Below are positions 8,197 through 17,353 of a DNA stretch of 64,000 nucleotides, one piece after another. The stretch is taken from positions 386,555 through 450,554 of the forward strand of contig JACPGJ010000008.1 of NCBI GenBank assembly GCA_016182555.1, given 5' to 3'. The notes beneath the pieces were generated by a model. It was not told where the DNA came from. It ran no database searches and saw only the letters and a list, made by a program, of their open reading frames with translations. Position 1 is the first letter of the stretch; every line of letters begins with the position of its first letter. This stretch comes from Candidatus Kerfeldbacteria bacterium. Its GTDB lineage: Bacteria; Patescibacteriota; Patescibacteriia; UBA9570; XYC2-FULL-38-9. The translations under genes and the position numbers were made by a program.

Positions 8197-8569
8197 CGCG
8201 GGGTGGAGCAGTCTGGCAGCTCGCCTGGCTTAGTCTCTTGGGAGATCAAGTTCTCTCAAGCGTTCTTTACAGAATGAATCTGGGCGTCTTTGTTAGAAAT
8301 AACAGAGATGATTACCTGTCAAATTCGGGGAAGTCCCCATCAGCTTTAGGCTGACGGATAATCCCGAGCTAACCTTGCTTGATATTTCATTGGGCAAGAA
8401 ACGTGTAGAGACTAGATGGCAGGCACCGCACTTTGTCAGAAATGGCAAAACGGTGAAGGGATAGTCCAGACCACGAACTCAACTGCATTGACTACAGCAG
8501 ACTGAGGCGATGAAAATCGAAGTGGTACGCATAACCAGGAGGTCGCCGGTTCAAATCCGGCCCCCGCAA
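8197..8569 (+). tRNA. Initiator tRNA-Met (CAT), intron-containing; exons 8197-8230 and 8530-8569
   Basis: Joined exons give CGCGGGGTGGAGCAGTCTGGCAGCTCGCCTGGCT|CATAACCAGGAGGTCGCCGGTTCAAATCCGGCCCCCGCAA, with the C1:A72 mismatch and A11:U24 initiator features. Confidence 0.93.
8231..8529 (+). ncRNA. Group I self-splicing intron (299 nt, no ORF)
   Basis: Follows U33 and ends in G. P AAATTCGGGGAA (8321), Q AATCCCGAGC (8360), R GTAGAGACTAGA (8405), S AAGGGATAGTCC (8456). P3 CCTGTC/GGCAGG, P7 GACTA/TAGTC, P8 CACCG/CGGTG, P2 capped by GAAA. Confidence 0.93.
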
Positions 8570-8613
8570 CAAGAAAAATTCCTCGCCAGGAAAATACATT
8601 GATACCAAAATAT

Positions 8614-9123
8614 ATGACGCTTACGACGCATGCAGCGACGGGAATGATTATCACACAATGGACGAATAATCCTATCCTCGGTTTTTTTGCTGCACTCATG
8701 AGTCATTATCTCCTCGATGCTATCCCGCATGCAGATGAATGGATTTATTGGCGGCACGTCCACAATTCACGCGATACCATTGCATTGATTGTTGCTGCTT
8801 GTGATGTTTTTGTGTTGAGCATTCTCTTGATTGCCGTTCTCAATACGCATTCGGGTGCCGAATCTTCACGCATTACCGCTGGGGTGATTGGTGGCATTCT
8901 CCCCGATATTCTCATTACACTGCATACCAAAAGCCGACGGAAATTCCGCAACGCTTATCATGGCATTATGCAAAAATTACAGCACGCCTACCACTTTTTT
9001 TTACAAAAACATTATACCTTTCACATGACATTCCATAATGTCATGCATGCACCCATTCGCTTTCGCACCGCTCTTTTCTATCAATCGCTCTACATCATTT
9101 GGTTTGTGTTCTATTTTATCTAA
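8614..9123 (+). CDS. Membrane protein, metal-dependent hydrolase-like
   Basis: TTH...G, SHYLLDAIPH.D and GGILPD motifs; several TM segments; His-rich C-terminus. Confidence 0.6.
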   Translation: MTLTTHAATGMIITQWTNNPILGFFAALMSHYLLDAIPHADEWIYWRHVHNSRDTIALIVAACDVFVLSILLIAVLNTHSGAESSRITAGVIGGILPDILITLHTKSRRKFRNAYHGIMQKLQHAYHFFLQKHYTFHMTFHNVMHAPIRFRTALFYQSLYIIWFVFYFI

Positions 9124-9163
9124 GCACAGCTATACTGTAACCCTACACCAACCCCTTTCTTAT

Positions 9164-10774
9164 ATGAAAAAAGCTTTTCTTTTCCTTGGTCTTCTGCTCT
9201 GCATCACCATCCCCCACCACTTTGCGCAGGCGAAACAATTTCACAAATTAAAATCGAAAGAACCAAAAAGAATTGTGGTGCAATATGTCGCTGACCGCGT
9301 GACACCAAACGGTACGCATCTCTCGAATTTTGGTATGATCAAACTGGCAGAAGGCGAAACATTGGATGAAAAAATTGCTGAGTTAAAAAAAGACCCAAGC
9401 ATTTTGACTGTTGCTCCAAACTATAAGCGCGGCATGGTAGAAATTACGCCAAACGACACACATGTTGATGAACAATATAGCGTAAACCAAGACGCGGGAG
9501 CAAATATCGATATCACTAAAGCCTGGACCGTGACAAAAGGAAAAAAGGATACGGTGGTTGCGGTAATTGATACTGGAGTACAAACAAACCACGAAGATAT
9601 TAACGGGAAAATTTGGCATAATACCGCAGAGATCAAAAACAACGGCATTGATGATGATGGTAACGGATTTGTCGATGATCGTCGTGGGTGGGATTTTTTG
9701 CATGACAACAATGACCCGAACCCAGACCCTTGCACGGACGGTACGAGTAATGATGGGTTGGCACACGGCACGCATGTTGCCGGTATTGCCGCAGCAAATA
9801 CAGATAACTCAACAGGGGTAGCAGGGATTGGTTGGAAAACACAAATTATGGCGCTGCAAGTGGGTGACTGCGATGGCAGCATGACTGATGATGATATTGC
9901 ACAAGCGATTGAATATGCGGTGATGATGGGCGCAGATGTGATTAATATGAGCCTGGGTGGGTTTGGAACAAGCAGTGTTTTAGACAGTGTGGTTCAAGAT
10001 GCCATAAACGCGGGAGTGGTGGTCGTTGCCGCCGCCGGAAACAACGCAAAAAATGTGGATATTTTTTCTTTTATGCCCGGTTGCATTGACGGAGTGATTA
10101 CGGTTTCTTCTACGGACGAAAATGATAACGCGAGTAGCTTTAGTAATTTTGGAAGCGGGTGCGTGGATCTGGCTGCGCCCGGAGAAAATATGTTGAGTAC
10201 CGTCTATTTTGATCAAGACAGCAGCGAATTCAATGTGAAATATGATAGCTATTCTGGCACCTCTATGGCAACGCCGATTGTCGCCGGTGTAGTGGCCTTG
10301 CTGAAAGCACAAGAACCCGGTCTGACTCAAGAAGAAGTGCTGAACATTTTGCGTGATACCGCGGATGATGTGGGTGTAGACGATGCGTATGGCACGGGTC
10401 GTGTGAATGCGGTAGAAGCATTACTCGCACTGGATTCAGTGAATGAAGTGTATATCAAAGCCTTTAATAGTTCAGAAAAAAATCATCGTTTTCAAACCGG
10501 AGAAACACACGATGACCGCACTCCTTTCTTTAACTGGGTGACACCAAAGTTATTCAGCGAAAATATCTCCGGCTATTATGTTTATTTTGGTACTGATGAA
10601 GATGCCGATGCAAAAAAGAACGGCACATTCCAAACGAAAAACAAATTCGCACCCGACAAATTGCCGAGTGCGAATGGAAAAACCTATTACTTGAAGCTGG
10701 CCGTGAAGTTAGCTGATGGTTCAACTTACTCCCACCGCGGTAAATTCACTTATATTCTGGATTCGGAAGAATAA
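9164..10774 (+). CDS. Secreted subtilisin-like S8 serine peptidase
   Basis: Signal peptide from ATG 9164 (MKKAFLF); triad motifs VAVIDTG, HGTHVAG, GTSMATP; oxyanion AAAGN. Confidence 0.93.
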   Translation: MKKAFLFLGLLLCITIPHHFAQAKQFHKLKSKEPKRIVVQYVADRVTPNGTHLSNFGMIKLAEGETLDEKIAELKKDPSILTVAPNYKRGMVEITPNDTHVDEQYSVNQDAGANIDITKAWTVTKGKKDTVVAVIDTGVQTNHEDINGKIWHNTAEIKNNGIDDDGNGFVDDRRGWDFLHDNNDPNPDPCTDGTSNDGLAHGTHVAGIAAANTDNSTGVAGIGWKTQIMALQVGDCDGSMTDDDIAQAIEYAVMMGADVINMSLGGFGTSSVLDSVVQDAINAGVVVVAAAGNNAKNVDIFSFMPGCIDGVITVSSTDENDNASSFSNFGSGCVDLAAPGENMLSTVYFDQDSSEFNVKYDSYSGTSMATPIVAGVVALLKAQEPGLTQEEVLNILRDTADDVGVDDAYGTGRVNAVEALLALDSVNEVYIKAFNSSEKNHRFQTGETHDDRTPFFNWVTPKLFSENISGYYVYFGTDEDADAKKNGTFQTKNKFAPDKLPSANGKTYYLKLAVKLADGSTYSHRGKFTYILDSEE

Positions 10775-10780
10775 GTTATT

Positions 10781-11221
10781 TCAGACCCAGATCATTTTTC
10801 CAGTAATCCACGCGGAAAAAATCTGCTGGAGCAATAATCGAAGCAGTACAATTTCTTGTTGCCGCGGGGGAAGCTGGTCAAGAACAGCATAGACCCGTTG
10901 AAGGTCCATAGCGGTATCAACAGTGTTTTCTACCCGATCATGGTGGGCGATCTCTGCAGAAGATTCTGCCACGTCCAAAGAATCTGGTTGGTGATGTTGC
11001 TTTCGATAATAATCGATGAGCGTATTCCGAGCAATGGCAAAAATCCAGCTCCGAATGGTCGCTCCATGTTGTTGTTGAAATGTGTGCTGCTTTTTTAGTA
11101 TTTTCTCAAACACATCTGCGACGATGTCTTCCGCATCTTGTTGATTACGAACACGGAAAAAAACATACTTGTACACAGAGGTGAAATACTCGTCAAACAA
11201 GCTCGCAATGGAGGACTCCAT
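10781..11221 (-). pseudogene. ECF sigma factor truncated in region 4
   Basis: Region 2 (VYKYVFFRV...DAEDIVADVF...SWIFAIARNTLIDYYRK) and the start of region 4 (LPPRQQEIVLLR) are present; the HTH is missing. Confidence 0.75.
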
Positions 11222-11275
11222 AGGAATAATGCGTGTTCATACCTCTGATAACGCAGGAAAAACCAAAATACTCGC

Positions 11276-11599
11276 TTAAAATAGTTCCCCTTTTACGATA
11301 CGTTCAAAGGTTTCTCGATCTTCCTCTAACACATGCATGACTTGACCCAATACCTCTTCTGGGTTTTCTAATAAACGCAACATCATCGCGTTATCGGCTC
11401 CACGCAATAAAATGGCATCATTCACTTTCACAATTGGCCCTTGCTCACAATCGCCCATACAATCCCCAACTTGAATTTGTAGCTGAGGATATTTCGAACG
11501 AAATTTTTCATCATATTCTGATTGCAAACGATACAACACCGCTTTGGAGCCTTTATTTTGACAAACGATATTTTGGCACACCGTAATTTTACGTAACAT
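11276..11599 (-). CDS. Thioredoxin-like (2Fe-2S) ferredoxin-domain protein
   Basis: VCQNIVCQNKGS ... CMGDCEQGP.VKVN cysteine pattern. Confidence 0.8.
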   Translation of the reverse strand: MLRKITVCQNIVCQNKGSKAVLYRLQSEYDEKFRSKYPQLQIQVGDCMGDCEQGPIVKVNDAILLRGADNAMMLRLLENPEEVLGQVMHVLEEDRETFERIVKGELF

Positions 11600-11637
11600 A
11601 TAGAAGGAGTATACGAAGGAAGCCTGTTCTGGTCAAG

Positions 11638-12162
11638 CTAGAGGATATACAAATAAATGGGTAAATCTTTCTCTGTGGGTTTATCGACGCTACTGGGTGT
11701 AAGGCCAGCAATCGGGAATGTATAGGTAATCACTCGGGTTCCCGGTTTCAGTTCCGCCAGTAATTTCTGTTTCAATTTTTTGGCGAGTGAATTGGGCATA
11801 CCGAAAATATAGACAACGTTCGCGTCGCTGATGTTGTGGCGAAACAGGTTCCCCCACCGAAAGTGAATATCGAACCGCCAATTCAACAATTGATGTAACA
11901 GACAAATGATATAGAGTGGCAATGCCAATTCAATACCGGTCGCCTTGGCACGAAAATGGCGCGCCGCATACACCACGGTTTTTCCATTACCACAACCAAG
12001 ATCATAAAACACTTCTCTGGGTTGCAGACGCGCGAGTTCAAATACCCGCTTCAAATCGCGGCTCCGCATCGGTACCCAGGGCGCCAATGAAATTGCCGCT
12101 AAAAACGGAGTCAGCAGAAAGACAGAAAAAATAATAAGAAAACTGAGTAAAGAAGTATTCAT
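11638..12162 (-). CDS. Membrane-anchored class I SAM methyltransferase
   Basis: N-terminal TM, APWVP, FYDLGCGNG, GIE, ELKPGTRVI. Confidence 0.85.
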   Translation of the reverse strand: MNTSLLSFLIIFSVFLLTPFLAAISLAPWVPMRSRDLKRVFELARLQPREVFYDLGCGNGKTVVYAARHFRAKATGIELALPLYIICLLHQLLNWRFDIHFRWGNLFRHNISDANVVYIFGMPNSLAKKLKQKLLAELKPGTRVITYTFPIAGLTPSSVDKPTEKDLPIYLYIL

Positions 12163-12290
12163 AGAATGCAACAAGTATAAGGTGTAGCGAATTGAACGTC
12201 AATAGATTTTTCTCATGCAACATTGGTATATATTCAAAAAATATGCTTTAATAGTTCTGTATAAGCTCTATTATCAATAGCATAAACTCC

Positions 12291-15200
12291 ATGTATAATC
12301 GGCTGCAGACGATTATGGCGCGTCTGGAAATGAGAATGACACAAGAACATTCTTTTTTTTTACGTGTATTTTTATCTCTTGGATTTATTCCTCTTGCATG
12401 TCTTTCCATTCTCTATGCGACATTTTTATTAGTATTTTTTTCTCCTCAGAATAGTTTTTCAACACTATCTTCATTGGATCCTGATAAAGGATATTTGCAA
12501 TCCTATACATATCATCGATTATGGCAACGGAAAATACAAATTTCTGTTGTGGCCATTTCTATTCTCATGGTGCTTATTTCTGTTTTATCAGGAATACTTA
12601 TTCCGAAAGGTAGTGTGCATGCAAACACCTATAGCGTGACATGCTCAGGAACGTCTGATTCACCGACGAGCGTCACCGAATCTACATATACCAGTAGTGA
12701 TGATGTCACATTTACAGGCAGTGGTTATTGCACGCTGGATGCCGCATTCACAGCACAATCGGTAACCGTGCAAAATGGAGTCACACTGACACATCCGGCG
12801 AGTAATACCACCGGTGTATCTTTCACCGTCACAACACTCACTGTTGATACTGGCGGCTCTATCAATGTAGACGGAAAAGGATGCCAGGGCGCAACAACGA
12901 GTGGGGCGTATGGGCCTCAATCTAGTTCGCCTTATACCTGTTCAATGAGTGGGGGTGGTTATGGTAATAGTGCCTATGGAACAGCTGGTTCCGGAGCTGG
13001 CTATGGAGGCCGTGGAGGCAATGGTTCAACAGGTTCGTTGGGTGGAAATCGATATAATACGAACGGTAACGCAGGCGGTACACTTGGTGCCGGGGGAGGA
13101 AGAGATGCTAATGAATCAGGAGCAATCGGTGGATATGGTGGCGGAAAAATATATATTCAAGCGACGAATATAACGATCAATGGGATACTGAGTGCCGATG
13201 GAGCAGATGGAGCGGTTGGCACCACTTCAGCTGGTGGTGGAGGTGCGGGAGGAGCTGTATTCATGACAACAACAGCCATGGGCGGAACAGGAACGATTAC
13301 TGCTATAGGAGGGAATGGTGGCGATGGATCATCTCAAGATGGTGGTGGTGGAGGTGGTGGGCGTGTACTGGTGCAATATGCAACATTTGCAAGTGGGGAA
13401 ACTATTTCTAGTCAAACAACCGTCACTGGTGGACAATCCAGCACCACTGGATTGGGGGGAAGCGATGGTTCAGCGAGCTATACTGTACAGATACCGAATA
13501 CACCAACCATCAGTAGTCCAGAAAATGGAGCAACAAACGTGAGCGAAAATCCTACGTTCACCAGTTCTTCGTATTCCGCCAACTCTGGCACCCATACATC
13601 GAGTGATTGGAAAGTGACCAGTGATTCCAGTGGTAATACAACGGTGTGGAGTGCCACTGGTTCTACAACAAATAAAACCAGTATTATTGTCAATAGTACC
13701 AATGGTACTTTCAGCGGTACATTAAATGGACAAACAACTTTAGCGGCAAATACGCAATATTATGCATTTGTTCGCTACACGAACTCTTCCGGAAATTCTG
13801 ACTGGTCTTCAGCAGTGAACTTTGTCACATCATATACAGGCAATACAACTACACAAACCTGGCAATTTAATAATGCAACACCCACCGGTGCATTTTCTTA
13901 TCAAAATTCGTATATTGAAATCAATGCGAGCAGTAATAGTTTGGCACGCTTAAAAGATCAAGGTTCAAACACGTATGTACAGTCCACTGGTATAACAAAC
14001 TGGACAACACGCAAACAAATAACCATTAGTGGATTAAGCACTCCATCCGGAGTACTCACCAGCAATTATCCTGCGCGAATAACGGTAACCCATGCTACCG
14101 GAATGAATGCAGATTTTAGCGATGTTCGATTTACATCTTCTGATGGTATAACCGAATTGAGCTATTGGTTAGAATCGAAAACCAATTCGAGTAACGCCGT
14201 ATTTTATGTCAAAATTCCGACCTATAGCAGCGGTTCAGCAACAATATATATGTACTATGGTAATAGTAGTGCCACCACAACATCTGACATTTCATCACTA
14301 TTTATCTTTGCTGATGAGCTTGATAGTGCATTGAGTAGTTCGTGGACGGAAATTACTGCTGGTAACGCTTCTACGGGAACGTTTTCTGGTGGTAGTTGGA
14401 TAAAATCTTGTAACGGGGAATGTACGATGTCTACAACATCAGCCCTTGATGCGGGAATAACGACAAATATCCCCACGAGTTCTGTTGCATCCCAATGGGA
14501 AGCGATAACGAAACTTTCTGCAGTCACTGGAACAGGAAGCAGTCGTCAAGTTGGTATTATGCTGAATGAAGGATTAACAGATGCATATAATTTAGGATAT
14601 TATCCGGATACGCAGTATGGACTGTATACCACCAATACCGCGACATCGACATGTACTGTTGCTGGTACGAGTTTGCCGGTATATTTAAAAATAACCAAAA
14701 ATGCTACGGCAAATAGTTATTCATTTTCTACTTCCACGAATGGAACATCTTGGACAACCTGTACCACATTGACTGATTCTACTATCAGTACATATGGATT
14801 ATTCGTACGTGATTCTACCACCGGTGAAACTGCCGGAACATTTGATTACTTTATCGTAAAAAAACCAGCGACGACAGAACCCAGTGCGAGTTTTGGTAGT
14901 GCACAGTCGTTAGCGAGCTTGGATAATGTACAAATTATTCCTGCATCCACCGGGGATCATCCACAGTTTAATACGCTCTATACATTGAGTGAAACATTGG
15001 GTGGAAGCAATCAGGGAACTGTATATTACCAAATTGGGTTAGACAGTGATCGCGATGGAACGATAACGAATGATGTCGATGCGACGGAAGATGGCTGGTA
15101 TGTTGTATCCGAAAATACCTGGACATTGGCTGATAACGATAGCCAGGACAAAAATACTATTTCAACAATAAACAGTTATTTACCAAACTTTGCTTCTGAA

Positions 15201-16970
15201 ATTGGTAATGGCGATTTTTACTTCAAAACATTTTTATTTGGTACCGGTAGCCAACCAACAGAAATAGATTCTGTCACCCTCACCTATACGGTAGCACCTA
15301 CGTTTTCTGGCTCAATTTCCACCACTACAACGAATGAAGATACAAACGCCACTGATATTATTGCTCTTCCTTCCTATTTTAGCGATCCAGAAGATACGCT
15401 GAGCTATAGTATTGTTGACGATTTAGATCCGGCATTAGGAAGTCTTTCCATTGATGGGTCTGGAAATGTTCATGTCACAGTCATAACGAATGCAAATGGT
15501 TCCGACACGCTTCAATTTCGCGCTTCTGACGAAGAAGGATTGAATACAGATACCAATGCCTTTACGTTTAGCATCACTGCGGTCAATGACGCACCAACAG
15601 CCAATGCGGGCACAGACATCAATGCAAACGAAACAGACGGAACAGTGATATTGGATGGATCCGGTTCGAGTGATATTGACGAAGATGCATTACAATATAC
15701 GTGGGTTGAATTGATTGACGATGATAATGCCTGTAGTTTGAATGATGTAAATGCAATACAGCCAACAGTCAACATGAGTAACAACAGCTCGAATTACTCG
15801 TGTGCATTCCGTCTCACCGCTGATGACGGAACCACCACTGCAACTGATACGGTGAATGTGAATGTCACCGCGGTAAATGACCCACCGACATTTACTGGTT
15901 CAATTACAAATCAAAGCATGTACACGAATACATCTATTCAGGATGCGGTACAACTGGAACAATATTTCTCTGCAGGAGATAGTGATGATACATGTACATA
16001 TTCGGCATCTAATGATCTCGATACGAATATTGGTACCATGAATATTCAAGATGATGGCGCAGTAGATATAGATATCACTACGCAAACAAGTGCGACAGAT
16101 ACTCTCCAATTTCGTTGTACTGATACGGGAAATGAAACAATAGATTCAAATACTATTACCTTAACCATTACATCAACAAATGCTGCACCAGTGTTTTCAG
16201 ATGCATTACCCGAAATTTCATTTTTTGCAGGAACAACAACACGAACAGTTTTTAATCTCTCAAATTATTTTTCTGATCCCGAAGGTGAGCCGTTGACATA
16301 TAGTGTATCTGGAAATACGGCTGTTGAAGTCATGATCACAGATGGACAAGTTATTTTTTCAGCAGAGAGTGATTTTACTGGTACAGAATGGCTTACGTTT
16401 TTTGCTTCTGATGGTCAAGGAAATACAACAACGAGTAATATCATTGTGGTGACTGTTTCTGCTGCAATAACACCATCGATTATTAATTATGCGAGTGGAA
16501 CAGCAACAGGCGAAGGTATTATTACGCTTGTTGGCAACGACGAATCCACACTATATTCATGGGTGGCATTTCCAAAAGGTGGCGTGATTCCACGTATTGA
16601 AATATTCAATAATGACATTTTTGTTTTTTCGGTGAAACGGCAAACGGGCACGACTATGCATTTGTATAATCAGTACGGAAACATTTTAAAAAAAATGAAA
16701 GTGTCGCCCCGCGTGCATTGGCGCAAACTAGCGATTGGTTCTTTAGATAAAAACACAGATAGCATTGAAGTAGTGACGGGCACGAAAAGAGGAAAAAATA
16801 TTTATTTCAAAATTTTCTCCTATTACCCGGAACAGAATACATTTGTATTACGACGGCAAGCTCGCTATCACTCTTTTGCAAAAAAACGATATCAGATCGA
16901 TATTCAAGATAAACGTATTCAATTGCGAAATACACATGGACAAATACTGTTTATGTGGCGTCCGTATTAA
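12291..16970 (+). CDS. Giant surface protein A (Gly-rich beta region, FN3, DUF2341-like, cadherin/Ig repeats, basic C-terminal domain)
   Basis: 1559 aa, S/T/G/D-rich; GGGAGG repeats; DFSDVRFT..DG..LSYW.E...IYMYYGN; VNDAP/YFSDP repeats. Confidence 0.8.
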   Translation: MYNRLQTIMARLEMRMTQEHSFFLRVFLSLGFIPLACLSILYATFLLVFFSPQNSFSTLSSLDPDKGYLQSYTYHRLWQRKIQISVVAISILMVLISVLSGILIPKGSVHANTYSVTCSGTSDSPTSVTESTYTSSDDVTFTGSGYCTLDAAFTAQSVTVQNGVTLTHPASNTTGVSFTVTTLTVDTGGSINVDGKGCQGATTSGAYGPQSSSPYTCSMSGGGYGNSAYGTAGSGAGYGGRGGNGSTGSLGGNRYNTNGNAGGTLGAGGGRDANESGAIGGYGGGKIYIQATNITINGILSADGADGAVGTTSAGGGGAGGAVFMTTTAMGGTGTITAIGGNGGDGSSQDGGGGGGGRVLVQYATFASGETISSQTTVTGGQSSTTGLGGSDGSASYTVQIPNTPTISSPENGATNVSENPTFTSSSYSANSGTHTSSDWKVTSDSSGNTTVWSATGSTTNKTSIIVNSTNGTFSGTLNGQTTLAANTQYYAFVRYTNSSGNSDWSSAVNFVTSYTGNTTTQTWQFNNATPTGAFSYQNSYIEINASSNSLARLKDQGSNTYVQSTGITNWTTRKQITISGLSTPSGVLTSNYPARITVTHATGMNADFSDVRFTSSDGITELSYWLESKTNSSNAVFYVKIPTYSSGSATIYMYYGNSSATTTSDISSLFIFADELDSALSSSWTEITAGNASTGTFSGGSWIKSCNGECTMSTTSALDAGITTNIPTSSVASQWEAITKLSAVTGTGSSRQVGIMLNEGLTDAYNLGYYPDTQYGLYTTNTATSTCTVAGTSLPVYLKITKNATANSYSFSTSTNGTSWTTCTTLTDSTISTYGLFVRDSTTGETAGTFDYFIVKKPATTEPSASFGSAQSLASLDNVQIIPASTGDHPQFNTLYTLSETLGGSNQGTVYYQIGLDSDRDGTITNDVDATEDGWYVVSENTWTLADNDSQDKNTISTINSYLPNFASEIGNGDFYFKTFLFGTGSQPTEIDSVTLTYTVAPTFSGSISTTTTNEDTNATDIIALPSYFSDPEDTLSYSIVDDLDPALGSLSIDGSGNVHVTVITNANGSDTLQFRASDEEGLNTDTNAFTFSITAVNDAPTANAGTDINANETDGTVILDGSGSSDIDEDALQYTWVELIDDDNACSLNDVNAIQPTVNMSNNSSNYSCAFRLTADDGTTTATDTVNVNVTAVNDPPTFTGSITNQSMYTNTSIQDAVQLEQYFSAGDSDDTCTYSASNDLDTNIGTMNIQDDGAVDIDITTQTSATDTLQFRCTDTGNETIDSNTITLTITSTNAAPVFSDALPEISFFAGTTTRTVFNLSNYFSDPEGEPLTYSVSGNTAVEVMITDGQVIFSAESDFTGTEWLTFFASDGQGNTTTSNIIVVTVSAAITPSIINYASGTATGEGIITLVGNDESTLYSWVAFPKGGVIPRIEIFNNDIFVFSVKRQTGTTMHLYNQYGNILKKMKVSPRVHWRKLAIGSLDKNTDSIEVVTGTKRGKNIYFKIFSYYPEQNTFVLRRQARYHSFAKKRYQIDIQDKRIQLRNTHGQILFMWRPY

Positions 16971-17156
16971 AAAAATATTTTTCAAAAAATTTTTGCGTAA
17001 ATAATTTTCATACATAAAAATTATTTTATGAATTATTTTTTCATGTAAAAAAATCTTTTCCACAGTTGTACACAACATCGCTATCTTTTTTTTAACAAAG
17101 CAGTTATACTATATGCACCGAATAATTATTTACTATTTTGAGAGGAGGTGAATAGT

Positions 17157-17279
17157 ATGCCAGTAAAAAAGAAAAAGAAACCAGCAAAAAGAAAAACAAC
17201 AACAAAGCGCAAACCAGCAAAGCGTAAAGCTGCAAAGAAAAAACCAGCGAAACGCAAACCAGCAAAGCGTAAGAAATAA
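17157..17279 (+). CDS. 40-aa histone H1-like basic protein (not in the ORF track)
   Basis: AGGAGGTGA Shine-Dalgarno, ATG 17157, product MPVKKKKKPAKRKTTTKRKPAKRKAAKKKPAKRKPAKRKK*, followed by hairpins. Confidence 0.8.
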   Translation: MPVKKKKKPAKRKTTTKRKPAKRKAAKKKPAKRKPAKRKK

Positions 17280-17305
17280 ACTCTAGCGAAGAGATCTTCG
17301 CAGAC

Positions 17306-17339
17306 AAAAAAAGATAGGCACTGATCGCCTATCTTTTTT
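17306..17339. terminator. Bidirectional intrinsic terminator between the H1-like gene and hup
   Basis: AAAAAAAGATAGGC-ACTGATC-GCCTATCTTTTTT. Confidence 0.85.
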
Positions 17340-17353
17340 ATTATTCTCTATCT

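Noticed and set aside
8436-8699. Minus-strand ORF as a possible intron homing endonuclease
   Set aside because: VAGAGFEPATS is the antisense translation of a tRNA T-arm. No LAGLIDADG, HNH or GIY-YIG motif is present, and the intron is too short.
16971-17060. AT-rich quasi-repeats as a CRISPR array or leader
   Set aside because: No constant repeat with unique spacers and no cas genes; I saw no CRISPR array anywhere in the window.
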